Origin: Chrysomallon squamiferum
Taxonomy: Eukaryota; Animalia; Mollusca
NCBI GenBank assembly: GCA_012295275.1
Contig: CM022665.1
Span: forward strand, 11,098,001 to 11,162,000
Length of the DNA stretch: 64,000 nt
Reading direction: 5' to 3'
The notes under the pieces are model-generated. The model saw only the letters and a program-made list of their open reading frames with translations, was not told where the DNA came from and made no database searches. The translations under genes were made by a program, and so were the position numbers. Below, piece by piece: positions 1 through 13,462 of this stretch; the first letter of the stretch is position 1; every line of letters starts with the position of its first letter.

Positions 1-589
1 AGACAATTAGTTAATGAAGCTTTTCATATACCGCTAATTATTATTATTATTGTTGTTGTTGTTGTTGTTCATCATCATCATCATCATCATTATTATTATG
101 AAAAATAATAAAAAAATTAAAAACATTTTGTATCACTTTCTCAAACAATTCAGATTCCTGGATTGTTTGCCCAGTTTAGGCGTGCTTAACAACATTTTCC
201 TCTGATTATTAGCACGTTACAATGTCCCGATCGGTCTCAGCTGTCATATAAAGAATGTTTAAAAGTAAACATTTTTAAAAAAGAGGTTATAATTCACACA
301 CAGAATACGTTCTACCGCTATATCTAAAAATACAATCAAGAAAAAACTTAGTCACTGTATACAACGGGATTCTTTGAAGTGATATTTCCATCAGTAATTT
401 GATATTTTCATGCTGTGTTCTTTTGTGGTTTGTTTTCTGAGGATGTCGTGAAAATACATAAACACCTCAATTGTATGTCTAGTTAACGTATCTTTTAGTT
501 ACTACTGACTAAATATTTTAGATTCTGTTCGCGAATACTCGCGCCTCCGTTATCTTGTGTCGAATGCCTGTTATAAAGATAAGGAATGT

Positions 590-694
590 ACATACATATA
601 TATACATATATATATATATAAATATATATAAATATAAATATACACATACACACACACATTTATATACATATATGTATGTGCGTATGTGTGTGCG

Positions 695-765
<71 letters not shown>
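590..765. repeat. Compound (AT)/(CA)/(GT)/(GA)n microsatellite
   Basis: Directly visible. Confidence 0.95.
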
Positions 766-768
<3 letters not shown>

Positions 769-3700
769 TTAAAGCCATCATTTCATCCATGAGTACCCAT
801 GTTAACACACATCTTACAACTTGTATGAACTCAATACAACCTGTAATGTTTTTTTCACTGCATTTTATAATGATTAAATTTTTTAGCTAGTATCAGGATT
901 TTGGAGATATTAATCATTATTTGCATAAATTTTAGAAACAGTCAAAATAGATAAATAGATCTGTTAGACGAAGATACACGTTTTTTCTTTTTTTTTTAAA
1001 AACAAGAAAAACGTTCTTTATAATATTGAACAAGACACAGAATAATAATCAACAAAAAGAACACGAGGGAAAATAAAAAATGTACTAGTGCATGAAAGGA
1101 AAGGAACAAATGGAAATGAAGAGCTCAATTCTACAATGACTAATGGACATGAAGTGTATATTATGTTAATAACAACTGTCAGCAAAGAGCGTATAAAAAC
1201 ACCTGCGATGTGAAACGTATTTGTACGTGATTTTAAAATTGTTTTCTCTTTGAACGCAGCTGAATCACGGTCTTAAGAATAGAGTGTTCAGTGCACCTGT
1301 TGACCTTCTAGTAATCACTAGGTAACGCTGTAATATCTCCTTTAATACCCACCTAACAATACAAAACGGTATCCCGCTAGCAGTAACGTTCAACAATGGC
1401 CGCCACTATTCGACTGGTTGATAACGTCTGCTATTGATGAGAACGTTATACGCTTCTGTCTGTTGGTTTTGAAGCGGCTTGTTTCACAGTGTCCAGTCGC
1501 TTCATCATCATCATCTTTTTTTTTCCCCCTCTTTATCTGTCAGATCAGACTAGAATTTCAACACGAGTGTTTGATAACAGTTTCTTTAAAATACAAAACC
1601 TTTATTATTTACGTTGTGGAAAACAAATAATAATAAAACGAAACTTACTGGCGTTTCCTATATTTGCACTTAGTATTACAGTAAAATCAAAAGAAATGGG
1701 TTTTCTTTTCCTCTGAGTGGTTCACGTAGTACAGATCTTCCTCTTTTTCACAAATTTCTCATTTAGTTAAAAAAAAATAAATAAAATAAAAAAAAATAAA
1801 AGAGAAATTTGTCTGAAATTTTAAAAGTTATAACTTATTGTAAAAGATTGAAAGAAAGAGTAAAAACCTGTTAATAATAATACAGTAGAAATCTAAATTA
1901 ATGAACGAAAAAAATATGTGACTAATTTTATGTTAATGTTTAGATTGAATATACAGTTTAAATCTTAGTGTTCAGTTTGAAAATAATTTTTAATAAATGA
2001 GAATAAATTACAAAGGTTTTCATTTTGAACAGATTTACAAATAATAATAATAATAATAATAAATAAAAATAATAATAATAATAATCATAATCATAATCAT
2101 AATCATACTACTACTACTACTAATAATAATTAAATAAGTACAGGGATTATTCATTTATAACAGTATTTAGATTTACTTTTAGCTCTCTTAACTAAGAAAC
2201 TTTTATTTTTGTAACAGAGTACTGAACTGAAGCGTGATGTGTCGCTGGATCAATTCTTTTCATTGCGCCAATTTATTTATTTGTGTGAAGAATAGTTCCA
2301 TTCAGTCATTAGCATGTAATTATAATGATGATCGAATCATTCAGCTTCAGCTATTAGCTAAATACAATGCAAGAAGTGATATTTTATTTGTTAAAAATTA
2401 ATATCAACATCAATATTCAAAAATTGCAAGCTAAGTTACAGTACTGATCATCGTGTACTGTCCTGAAAAAAACTGAATACTATTCTGATTTTTTAGAAAA
2501 TTCTATACTATTCATCGTCAAACAGAAAAATTCCATTAAATCCAGTCTTAAGAGGATTTTTTCTTTTATTATGGAAATGTATGACACATTATGATGGTGA
2601 CGGCTCACAAGCAAAAAGACAATGCCTGATAACAATTTATGTCAAAGCATATAATCTGATATTACTGTGCTCTTTATATAACGAAGACAACGACGACGAT
2701 AATAATCATAATAACGACGACAGTGCTGGAGATGATACTAACAGCAGGAGTTATGTAGATGACAAGATTTCGTTTTTATATATGTATAAGAAGTTTGGCT
2801 GCACTTGATTGTGATATATGATCATAATGATGAAGATGGTGATAATAATAAAAATAATAATAATAACAATAATAATAATAATGAAGTTTATGATATCTTC
2901 ACTAGATGATGATAATAATGATGACTATTATGAAGATAATGGTAATAACAATAACAACAACAATTATTTAATCACACGATGATAAAAGCAATAAAGGAAA
3001 ACGCTTTCTAAATGCCAGACAAACATAATCGCAGTACTAAACAGACATTTTACTAGAAACACTGAAAATGCCACGAAGAACACATTTATTTATCTATCAT
3101 AGTTTCGTCTGATCCATCCAGAACTGATTCCAGATGCAAATTCCTCTGTAATAACATAATGTAGACTATTACGAAAGTGCACAACCGTTTGGCTTTTAAT
3201 TCCTCTTAATCCATTAATTTTGACTTCTGTCAGAATCGATTTGTGTTACAAAAGTAACACCTGTTTAGACTTAAAAATATCCAAAACGTTCTTGAAAAGA
3301 TCATCTCTGGTGCAGTTTCATTTTCAAGACAGAATATGCTGAATCAGGATAGAAGAGCCTATGCTGAACCAAGGGAGAGTGTATGCAGTAATCCAGGGAG
3401 ATGATGGCAAAACGCTAATACAGAAGGATGAGTATACACTGATCCTTGGAGACGACGCATTCAGCTTGTGTCCCTATTTCTGTTTTTGGGGGGTCAGTCG
3501 ATGTTGGTGTGCGATTATTGTCCAGCGTAGTGATGGTATTACCACCGTTTCTGAAATTCTAGATCCACCCCATTTTGCCCAAGATCTAACCTAATGTTTT
3601 TAAATGAATGCCATTGGTACTTCAAAATAATTAGTAAAGTTATTGCTTTACTAATATATATTTTTTTAAATTAACAGTCAGCGAAAAGTATTTATGTCTT

Positions 3701-4123
3701 AATTTGAACTACATTCTCTGTGCCTGCTTCATATATATGTAGGTTATGCTTTCCATACTTCTACTTATTGATAAAAATGGCAGTTCAGTTTCTTAAAATA
3801 TACTAGACTAGACTTGGCAATTAAAACCTTTTTCGAGAATTCGGTATGGTGAGTGTAGGAAAATATTTTATCTTTTTTATTTTTTTATTTATTAAAAACG
3901 TACTAGATCCAAGCACGTTTCAAGCGAGTTCAAATTGTGACATCCCAAGAGATCGTATCCACAACAAAAAGAGTTTTATGATTGGGTGGATTTCCTGTAT
4001 ATATCTACAGCCGACAAGATTATACATTTCCGGTTTGGCGAGATAGGCATGCGCATAAGTCTTAGTCATTCTTGTACGTATACATTATTATCTACACTTT
4101 GTTTCAGGGCCGAGAAAGATTTT

Positions 4124-4175
<52 letters not shown>

Positions 4176-4773
4176 CAACCTGCTGAATGAGAAACAAAGT
4201 GCATACCTACTAAGTGTTGTTTTTTCTCTCTATCTGTTATCTGTGCAATATCCACAGTGGGCTTATTGCCACCCAGGTTAACTTGATGGAAATTTAGAAA
4301 CAATTGAAGCAGGATGGCATTAGACAAAGGTTCTCGAGGCAAAGATCAAAGAGTTAGCGTGGGTGTGCGCCCCATGATGCAAAGCACACATGGAAGTGAA
4401 CATGTTTCCTGATAAAGCAGACGAAATACAAACCGATATAGCAACTGAACTAATTCGCCTCCTCGCTGGCCCGTGTCTTGATTGATAACATGCTATGCAC
4501 AGTATGGCGAAGAGAGAGAGAAAAAACTCACATAGGTAAAGGTTAGCTTACTTTTCCTCTTCTCAGTTTATCTAATTTCGCTGGGGGAAAAAAAACCCGA
4601 AAGGTAAAAAGGGAATTAATTTTTATAGCGTTTTCCGTTTCAAAGAGGAGTGTTCTAATCGCGTTTGACGCGCTCGTAAGTTGCTGTTTGAATCTAGAAG
4701 ACTGCAGGATCGAATCGACTTGTAGTAATTCAGTACTTTTTAATTTTATTTTCTTCTTTTTAGTGCTTTCGAT

Positions 4774-4808
<35 letters not shown>

Positions 4809-5442
4809 TTTTAAATTACAGATTAGAGAAAATAAGGTTGAAAGTTAATGACCTTTTTACAGACATGCGCAGATCTGACCCTGTTGACATTTGTTACTTT
4901 TTGAAATATATCGTACATGTTTAATAAAACCAGAGGCGAAACTGGTAAACATGGTCCAGGTAGTTCATTATAAAAAGTTCCGATTTTAATGATGTCAAAG
5001 AAAAAAAAAAAAAGGAAGGCACTGATGATTCTTCATAAATAAATACGCGTGAAAATTTGCGCGCACACACATTCAAATACATATACACACATACCGTTTT
5101 AGACTGAAAAGAGAAGAAACATATCCCCCATTTTAGGTAGGGACATTAAAAATTATTTTAAAAAAAAACAACAACAACAACATGTTATCCATTAATAAGA
5201 AACATTTATTCACACCACCTATCCAAATAGGCGCCTTTTTTTATTCCTTCTTTTTTTTTTTTTTTTTTTTGTGATTTAATTTTGAGTCTAAAACAAATTA
5301 TCTAATCGATTTGTTTCAGCTGTGTTTAAAGCAAATTGTTTTTATAATATGTAAATTGGCTGGTTTTGATCAATTACTGAATTTACTATTTCTGTCCACA
5401 GTTGGCGAAACAATCGATATTTTACAGACATTGATTTAGCTT

Positions 5443-5544
<102 letters not shown>

Positions 5545-6058
5545 ACACATTAACAGTATTTTATTCAATGGACAAAAATAAAAATAAATAAATAAATAAA
5601 AATTAAATTTATCAAAAAGAAACTTAACAGTCGAAAAAGAATAGCCAAACTGGCAGACTGAAAAAGGATTTTTATGAGAAAGAAAAATAACAGATAAGAA
5701 AACGAATTTTTTCCCTGAAAAAAAAAAAAAAAACCTTTGGAAAGTAAATTCACGAATAATGTGAAACAATATCGATTCGCCGTTGCTTTAATTTTGTGGT
5801 GATTCTTTTTTTTTCTTGGTTAAGTGCAGACGTATATCTTGCATCCCTGGTGATTTGTCATTATCATTCTGACGTTGCTCACGACAAAACGAAATAAATT
5901 CTTCTCAAGTAAACGTCCAGATAAACTTAGACAGGCATTTTAGTATTGCTTGACATTAGACTGCGTTTCTTCGTTAATTTACCTGTATGAGTTTTCATTC
6001 TGTAAATTATGATTTAAAAACCAGATTTACCATTCTGTCTTTTCTTTAAAAATGTTCT

Positions 6059-6097
<39 letters not shown>

Positions 6098-6139
6098 GAA
6101 AAAGAAAAAAAAACGAAAAAAAAAAAAAGAAAGAAAAAG

Positions 6140-6170
<31 letters not shown>
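6059..6170. repeat. Poly(A)-rich tract, about 110 bp
   Basis: Directly visible. Confidence 0.9.
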
Positions 6171-7262
6171 AACAACGTAAAATGGAAAAAGGAGAAAGAA
6201 ACTGAAAAGAGATTTTTTTTGGGACAGTTTCTCTTCCAAGTTTTGTCCATTGCTTACGAACGGCTGTAAATCTTTAAAAGTCTAATTCCAGCGAGTGTCG
6301 ATGAAAGCGTAGAGTAAGCTGAAATTCAGCGTGTTTTGAAACAAAGTTTTGACGAAATCCTCGTTTTCTGTTTAGTCTAGACAGTAGGTGTGGTGCACTT
6401 CAGATCTCATAAATCTTTTATACACATATATTTTTTTTTATATATGTATCTGTGTCTTTCAGACGTTGCCAAACTTCTAAGATGGGTTCCGTGCCTCATT
6501 AAAATCCTTTCTCACGGAGAAATTGATAGAAGAGAATTAACGCTTCTTTTTTTTATTGTTGTTGTTGCAGAAAACGTCGACAATGAACGTAAGGAGCGGG
6601 TTGTCTTTTCACATCAACACTACGGTTGCAGCGGTTGAAAGTTCGAAGTTTAAGAGATTAATATCTCAACAGTTCTGATTGGCTGTAATTTATGCGCGTA
6701 ATTATGTTTAAAAAGCAATAAATATATCAATATTTCTAATTGGGTGTAATTTATGTCGGTGATTATTTATTTCTTTGGTTATTTTTGAGCCAGGGCATAT
6801 AAAGATTTTAAATTTTGAACTTTTGTCATTTCTTATTATAAAAATAATATTTATTCATTCATTCGTATATGATGATTATCCAGATTTATAATTTAAAAAT
6901 GTTTTTTTTTTGAGATTTTTATTTTTATTTTTTATGTATGTATGTATGTATCTTTCTAAGTAATTGATTACTTTAAACATTAAGACTTTATAGCTTTCTC
7001 CGATTTTAAAATATTTTCAAATATCTTTTCATATATTGAAATAATTGTATTTTATGACTATTTATAAAAGACGCGAAATAATTCATTATTATAATTTTAT
7101 TAATTTTATTTATTTATTTGTTTATTTAATATTATTATTATTAGTAGTAGTAGTAGTTGTAGCAGCAGCAGCAGTAATAATAATAGTAGTGGTAGTGGTA
7201 TAGGAAGTAGTAGTGGTATTAGTTTTAGTAGTAGTAGTAATAGGAGTGGGGTAATCATAATA

Positions 7263-7293
<31 letters not shown>

Positions 7294-7472
7294 TTTTTTT
7301 TTAAAGATAATGTCGTCCTTTAACACAATGTTTCGAGGTTGTAAGCAGATAAAAGCAATGAAAACGTATCTGGTAATCAAACGTTATTCGTCTATTCAGA
7401 AGTACATTAACGCTTTTTACTTGATCTGCATTCTGTGTCCATTCCTAATACTATCATATCATTTCACCGTCT

Positions 7473-7506
<34 letters not shown>

Positions 7507-7919
7507 CGCAGATAAACTGTACATGTGGCTAATGTTTACTCCAAAAAGTAGTTTATTTTGTTTTTGTTTTCTTTTCCATTTTACCCGCATGGAACTTATG
7601 TCTTCATTTGATTGCCATATGTTTCTTGTGCATCCTTCCTGATCCGTTTGTTTTCATAATTCAGTTTTTATCTGTACCCTTTACTCCGTGCATAGTTGTG
7701 CATCCAGGTGCCTTGGATCAATAGACTCGTGTTTGGAAAAACTTGTGTATTTATACAAAGCAGAGAAATAAAAAGGTTTGTTTTATTATTTTTACCAACA
7801 GGGAAACTACCTTGTTTGAGAGGTCTACAGAAGGTAATTAGATATTGATATACACTACCTGTCAGTCAGTCGGTCGGTCTGTCTCACTGTCTGTATTTTC
7901 ATTCATTCATTAATAAAAG

Positions 7920-8302
7920 TAGAAATAGTAGTAGTAGTAGTAGTGGCAGCAACAGTAGCATAAGCAGTAGCGTAGTAGTAATATTAACAGTAGTAGGATT
8001 AGTATTACTGTTATCATTATTAGAAGTAATAGTTGTAATAAAAGTAGCAGTATTTATTGAAGTACGTACTAGTAGTAACAGTAATAGCAGCAGAGTATTA
8101 CTAGTAATAATAGAAATATGGTTGTGGTAGCAGTAGCAGTAGTAGTAGTAATATTAGCAGAGTAATAGTTGTAATACTAGCAATTTGGTAGTTATAGTAG
8201 TAATATTATTATTATTATAATTATTAGTAGTAGTGGTGGTAGAAGCAGCAGTAATAGTAAAAGTAGTAGTAGTAGTAGTAGTATAAGTAGCAGTAATAGT
8301 AA

Positions 8303-8350
<48 letters not shown>
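7920..8350. repeat. Degenerate (AGT/AGC/AAT)n trinucleotide region
   Basis: Directly visible. Similar tracts occur at 9480-9825, 16255-16500, 19465-19790, 21305-21620 and 24910-25330. Confidence 0.9.
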
Positions 8351-8352
<2 letters not shown>

Positions 8353-10756
8353 ATTTAGTTACTATTTTCATCCTCATGGATTTAATTCTTTCTCTGTTTC
8401 TTTAACAGTCAAAAAGACGCACAATTATTTTACCAGAATCTCACTTTTAATATCAACATAAAAATCAAATAAAATAATTTAATATATTTTTTAAAAACCA
8501 AATCACGACAGATGGCGTGCTTGTTTTTCTTATACAACTGTCTGATGACCATGCCCTGAAGACCAGAGAATTAAATAATTACTTTATAGAATTATTTAAT
8601 TAATTGCAAAGGTTTTGTAGACTTGTAATACCCGCGTCTTAGGTTTATTTCCAAGCACCTCTGCATGACCGGCACACAAAAAGCGTGGTTTGTGTTAGTC
8701 CGGTAATGAAAACAGAAACGTCTTTAGAATACATGTAATGCTGGTAGAATTCTACTGTGTTCTGTATCATATCTTTGGGTTTTTTTTTTTTTTTTTTTAA
8801 CGTTAATCCAGTCATTGTGCAAACAAGAAGAAGAAAAAAAGCAGATGTAATTAGGAACAGAATGAAGTCAACATCATGACGGTCTATGAAATATCATCCT
8901 GCTGGAGTCTTCCATCCACAGCTGAATGAGATTTAAAACCATTACGTCAGTGCTTGTTTCAAACATTTCTTCTGTCCAATCATCATGACACTGTCTTGAT
9001 AAGTCAAAACAGTCTCCTTCATTATGTGTCGTGAAGAAATGCTTTAAAAATATCGAACCACATATAAAATCTTTTCTAAAAGCTATGCCAACCAATCCAC
9101 ATATTTCCTTTTTCTTGCAATATGATTAATGGAATGCAGTACACTGGTAAATGGGCACAAAAGCACACGCCATACTGTTTAAAGCACAAGCTGCATGAAA
9201 TCAAACATTCGTTATTGTTTGTTGTTTGCTAGTAACAGCGATTCCTGGATATGTCTTTGTTATATCTCAGTGTAACCTTTCATTGGTGAATCTGTAGATA
9301 TGATGTGACAGCATAATTCGTAAATTACGTTAATGTCAGGAGATCTTCTGGATCATATACGTTACCATTTTCACAAACTTTCTGAAAAAAAGTCAGTCGT
9401 TTAGGGAAATTTTCTATTGCGCTGTGTTAATACTATAAAAATATGTAATATAATTATTTGTTGCACTGTAGAAATATTCGTTGTAGCAGTACTATTAATA
9501 ATAAAAATATCTGTAGTAATAGTAATAGTAGTAGTAGCAGTAGTCGTAGTTAAAGTAACAGCAGCAGTTGTAGTAGCTGATACTGTGATTGTAGTGATGT
9601 TGGTGATAGGAGTAGTTGTAATAGTATTAGTAGAAGAAATAGTAGTAGTAATAGTTCTAGCTGTTGATGGTGAGAATAGAAGTGGTGGTGTTAGTGGTAT
9701 TAGTAGTAAAACAGTAGTAGTAGTAGTAGAAGAAATAGTAGTAGTAGTAATAGTAGTAGTAGAAGAAATAGTAGTAGTAATAGTTCTAGCACTGTCAGTA
9801 ACAGAAGCAGTAGTAGCAGCAGTTATCATTACTGGCAGAAGTTATAAAATATAAAGTGCTCTGCCCTTTCTCTCATCTCTGTATTAGTAAAGCAATGTAA
9901 AAGTACAAATTCTAAGAATACGGCGATTTTCTCGCGGGTGTCTGGCCTTTAGACCAGTCACCATGGAAATACAAACGACAAGGAGAAAGATAATACTTTC
10001 TAAATGAAGTCTTCCTCTCCTGAAGACAGCTTTAAAAGCAAGAGTGTTGATACACTCAGTCCAGACTGATTTATTGATTTTCTTTATAATCGTCTCAAAC
10101 TTTCGCCTTCATTCGTGATATCGGCCATCTTGCAAACTGTACCTTTTCAATTTACGGTGCAAAAGCCATCGATGTATCGTGACCTAAAGTATGGTTGTCT
10201 GGGAAATTATCAAGTTCGTATAAGTCGACCATTAAATAAAATAGGCCGCTATAGCATCCGGATATCGGCTGAGAATGATCGTAAGGTATTTCTAGATCGT
10301 AAGATTTTTTTCAGTGACTGGTAAAGACTTTAGATCCTTTTCTTTGATTTCTTCATTTTTGTTTTCTTTACAAATGATCAATAAAGTCTTGAAAACATCT
10401 GACAAGGTTATTGAGCGAGTTCACCTAGCGGATAATTAATATGAATAATTAAATACAGCAATCGAAACTTTGTAACTGATAACATCCAAATGAGTAAAAA
10501 ATTTAGTAAGATGGTTAGAATGACCTTGCTGCATTTGTACGATAGACTGTAAGATCATTTCCAGTTAATTTACGAAGAGTATAAATGTAGGGTTTTTTAA
10601 TTTTAGCTGTAATAATAATAATAATAATAATAATAAGAGGGTACGTACTGTTCTTTAGTATATAGTTATGCGTGGTTAGTTAATAATTTCCCAAAACAGG
10701 CTTATTTTCCGTTCCAACTACAGCCTGAACTAATACATTTTTGGAATGGCTATCTT

Positions 10757-10895
<139 letters not shown>

Positions 10896-11859
10896 ATATT
10901 ATCATAATTAAACAATTATTGGTAATAAAATTGGCAAATCAAATTATCTTGATGCTATAATTAAATACAATAATACATTCAAACTGCAGAACTTCATCGT
11001 GAGTCCTTATATTATTTTCTTCCTCTTTTTCTTCTTACATGATCCCGAGTTTAATATCAGGAACAATCAATAATGGACGAAGACACTCACATAAAAAAGA
11101 CTGACAAGTGATGGAAAAAAAAGAGTTGCCTATGGCAACAACCGGTTTCTTCTTTGCATTTAATATGACGTAATTGTCAGGAGACATGACAAGTATTACA
11201 AAGTTGCGTGTCAGTCGCCTGACAATCATTTCTTTGCTTTCACGTTTCAGGTCTTTCCGATCTTTGATGTCTAAATTATTCGACTGTTGCAAGAAAAGAA
11301 AAGCTTAGATGAAGGCCCTGTTCGTATAAATGTGTTTATTGCGATGCAGATACAATCAATAAGGAAACTTTGAAGACCGTTGTAAAGTAATTATAATATT
11401 ACGCATGTTACGTGTACAAACCGAGTAAATAAGCAGTTATTTCAGCGGAAGATAACTCAGAGATATTACGTAATCACACGAGCTGGCGTATTGCGATGAA
11501 TATTTATTGCGACTCGTTTAGACCAAAAGCCATAAAAAGATGTAAGGCAGTTATCTGTGTAGTTAAGAGTGTTCAAGTGAAGATGATAAATTTGATGTTC
11601 ATTTTCTAAATACCACTGTTTATTGCGTAAGGGTCGTAGACTAGCAATTCATGAGCTTTCGCCTTAATAACCAGTTGCCACTGTGATGCTCCAGAAACAA
11701 AGGGCGGAAGAATAAATGACCTGAGTTACGATATCTGGAATAAAGCTCTAAAATCTTTGAAATGAAAATTATAATCTGGACTTTAGAACAGAAGTCAAGG
11801 GCGTGTATAGGAAATTATCATGTCATATTTAAATGGAAAGTAGAGAATGCTGTATTTTA

Positions 11860-12050
11860 GGGTCTAGTAACAAAGATGTGTGGGTTTGAGTGTGTGTTAC
11901 CTGCCATCAATACAATTCACTGGCACTGGTCATCTCAGGGATTTGTACCATCCTAGCCAGTGCTCTGTAAGTACAGTTACCAAAAGTCACGGTATGTACT
12001 TTCCTGTCAACTGGAAGGTGCATTAAAATGTTCTGTATTGCCAATCTGTA
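11860..12050 (+). mobile_element. Decayed SINE-like element, central domain
   Basis: 'CCTAGCCAGTGCTC...CACGGTATGTACTTTCCTGTCAACTGGAAGGTGCATTAAAATG' is similar to the copies at 46755, 16545 and 26620 (reverse). It resembles the conserved core of mollusc tRNA-SINEs (from recall). Confidence 0.6.
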
Positions 12051-13152
12051 AAATTATTGCTGTATTTATTACGTTATGTAACCTCTGATTAAAGGGCATC
12101 GTTGATTGAAACAGCTCTTCTGTCTTTGTCTGGCAGCTGCTGACAAGTATGCTACAGACAGACGTGCTTTGTAATAGGTTAGCACATGTATTTTTAGAGT
12201 ATTAAAATTATTAATAAATATTGTAGAGGCCATCACAGTTCTTTACTTGGATACTATCTTTATATGTAACGATTTTATTTTCAATGCTTTTTATCACAAC
12301 GTCACCCATATCGTTGCTGTAATATTAACTCTTCTGTACCAGACATGATAATCAGAATATTACTTTCTAATGACAGTGGTAGTAGTATTGGTAGTCGTCT
12401 CTGATGTGCTAGTAACCTTGCTGTTTCTAGATAAAAGTGGACCAACAAATACTATGGTTAAAATACATAAACGTTCATGAGGCTGACGATAATAGTCCTG
12501 TCTTCGACGGAGTATATCAGATTAACTACGGTAATGATGACTAAACCATTACAAAAAGGAATCTGATACGTTGTACTTAGCATTTAAAGTAACTAGTAGT
12601 GTTTACTGATCTTCATTATAGACTACCAGTAATTAAATGTTCAAGGAAGCCCATAAATCAGTAAGCTTAAAGTAAGTGGTATCGAACTTAGCAAATATTA
12701 TTAGTTTTGGCTCTACAGTACTTGGCAACCGTTGTTATCAGAAAATGGTTCCGGCAGAGTGTATCATTAATCCAAATAAATCACCAGTGAAAATACGCGA
12801 TCCTTGAAAACGAGAAAACTACATGTATTAACTCTTTACCATTAACACTGATGAAATGACGTCAGCACATGTCTAACTACCATCTAGAATTAATGGTTAC
12901 AAGTCCACTTGAACCTCAGAAAATACAAAAAAAATAATAATATTCATGATATTAACATATGCCTGAGTCCGATGTAGCAATCCTACAAAATAAAATTAAA
13001 ATAAATAAATAAATAAAAAGTATCTTTATAAATATCTTCTATTGCATGCTCATTTCTGTTTGTTGTTTTCGCGTAGAACTTTGCTTTTTATTCCAGCACA
13101 TATGTTTGTTTTTTAATAAGTAATTAAAACTTATAATTAACGGTGCTAAAAC

Positions 13153-13207
<55 letters not shown>

Positions 13208-13347
13208 CGTAACAGCATATTAATTCTGAATAGGCCCTTAATCAGTCAAATAAACTAAAAATCTAATAACGGTGAAATAATAACATTTGAGAAAATTCCA
13301 TAGAATTCTCTAATCGAAGCATACTAAACTTTCTGCACTTATATCTT

Positions 13348-13462
<115 letters not shown>

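Noticed and set aside
518-890. ORFs with poly-SL, ER or YI runs, and the many poly-L, I, T, V, N, F ORFs across the window
   Set aside because: They are translations of di- and trinucleotide microsatellites.
4375-4415. ATGATG...CTGA resembling C/D-box snoRNA boxes
   Set aside because: The C box is imperfect, the spacing of about 35 nt is too short, and there is no terminal stem.
8874-9095. 73-aa minus-strand ORF
   Set aside because: No recognisable homology and no supporting splice or start context.
9401-9854. Mucin-like Thr-rich ORF and its antisense Val-rich ORF
   Set aside because: Degenerate (AGT)n repeat; no signal peptide or splice support.
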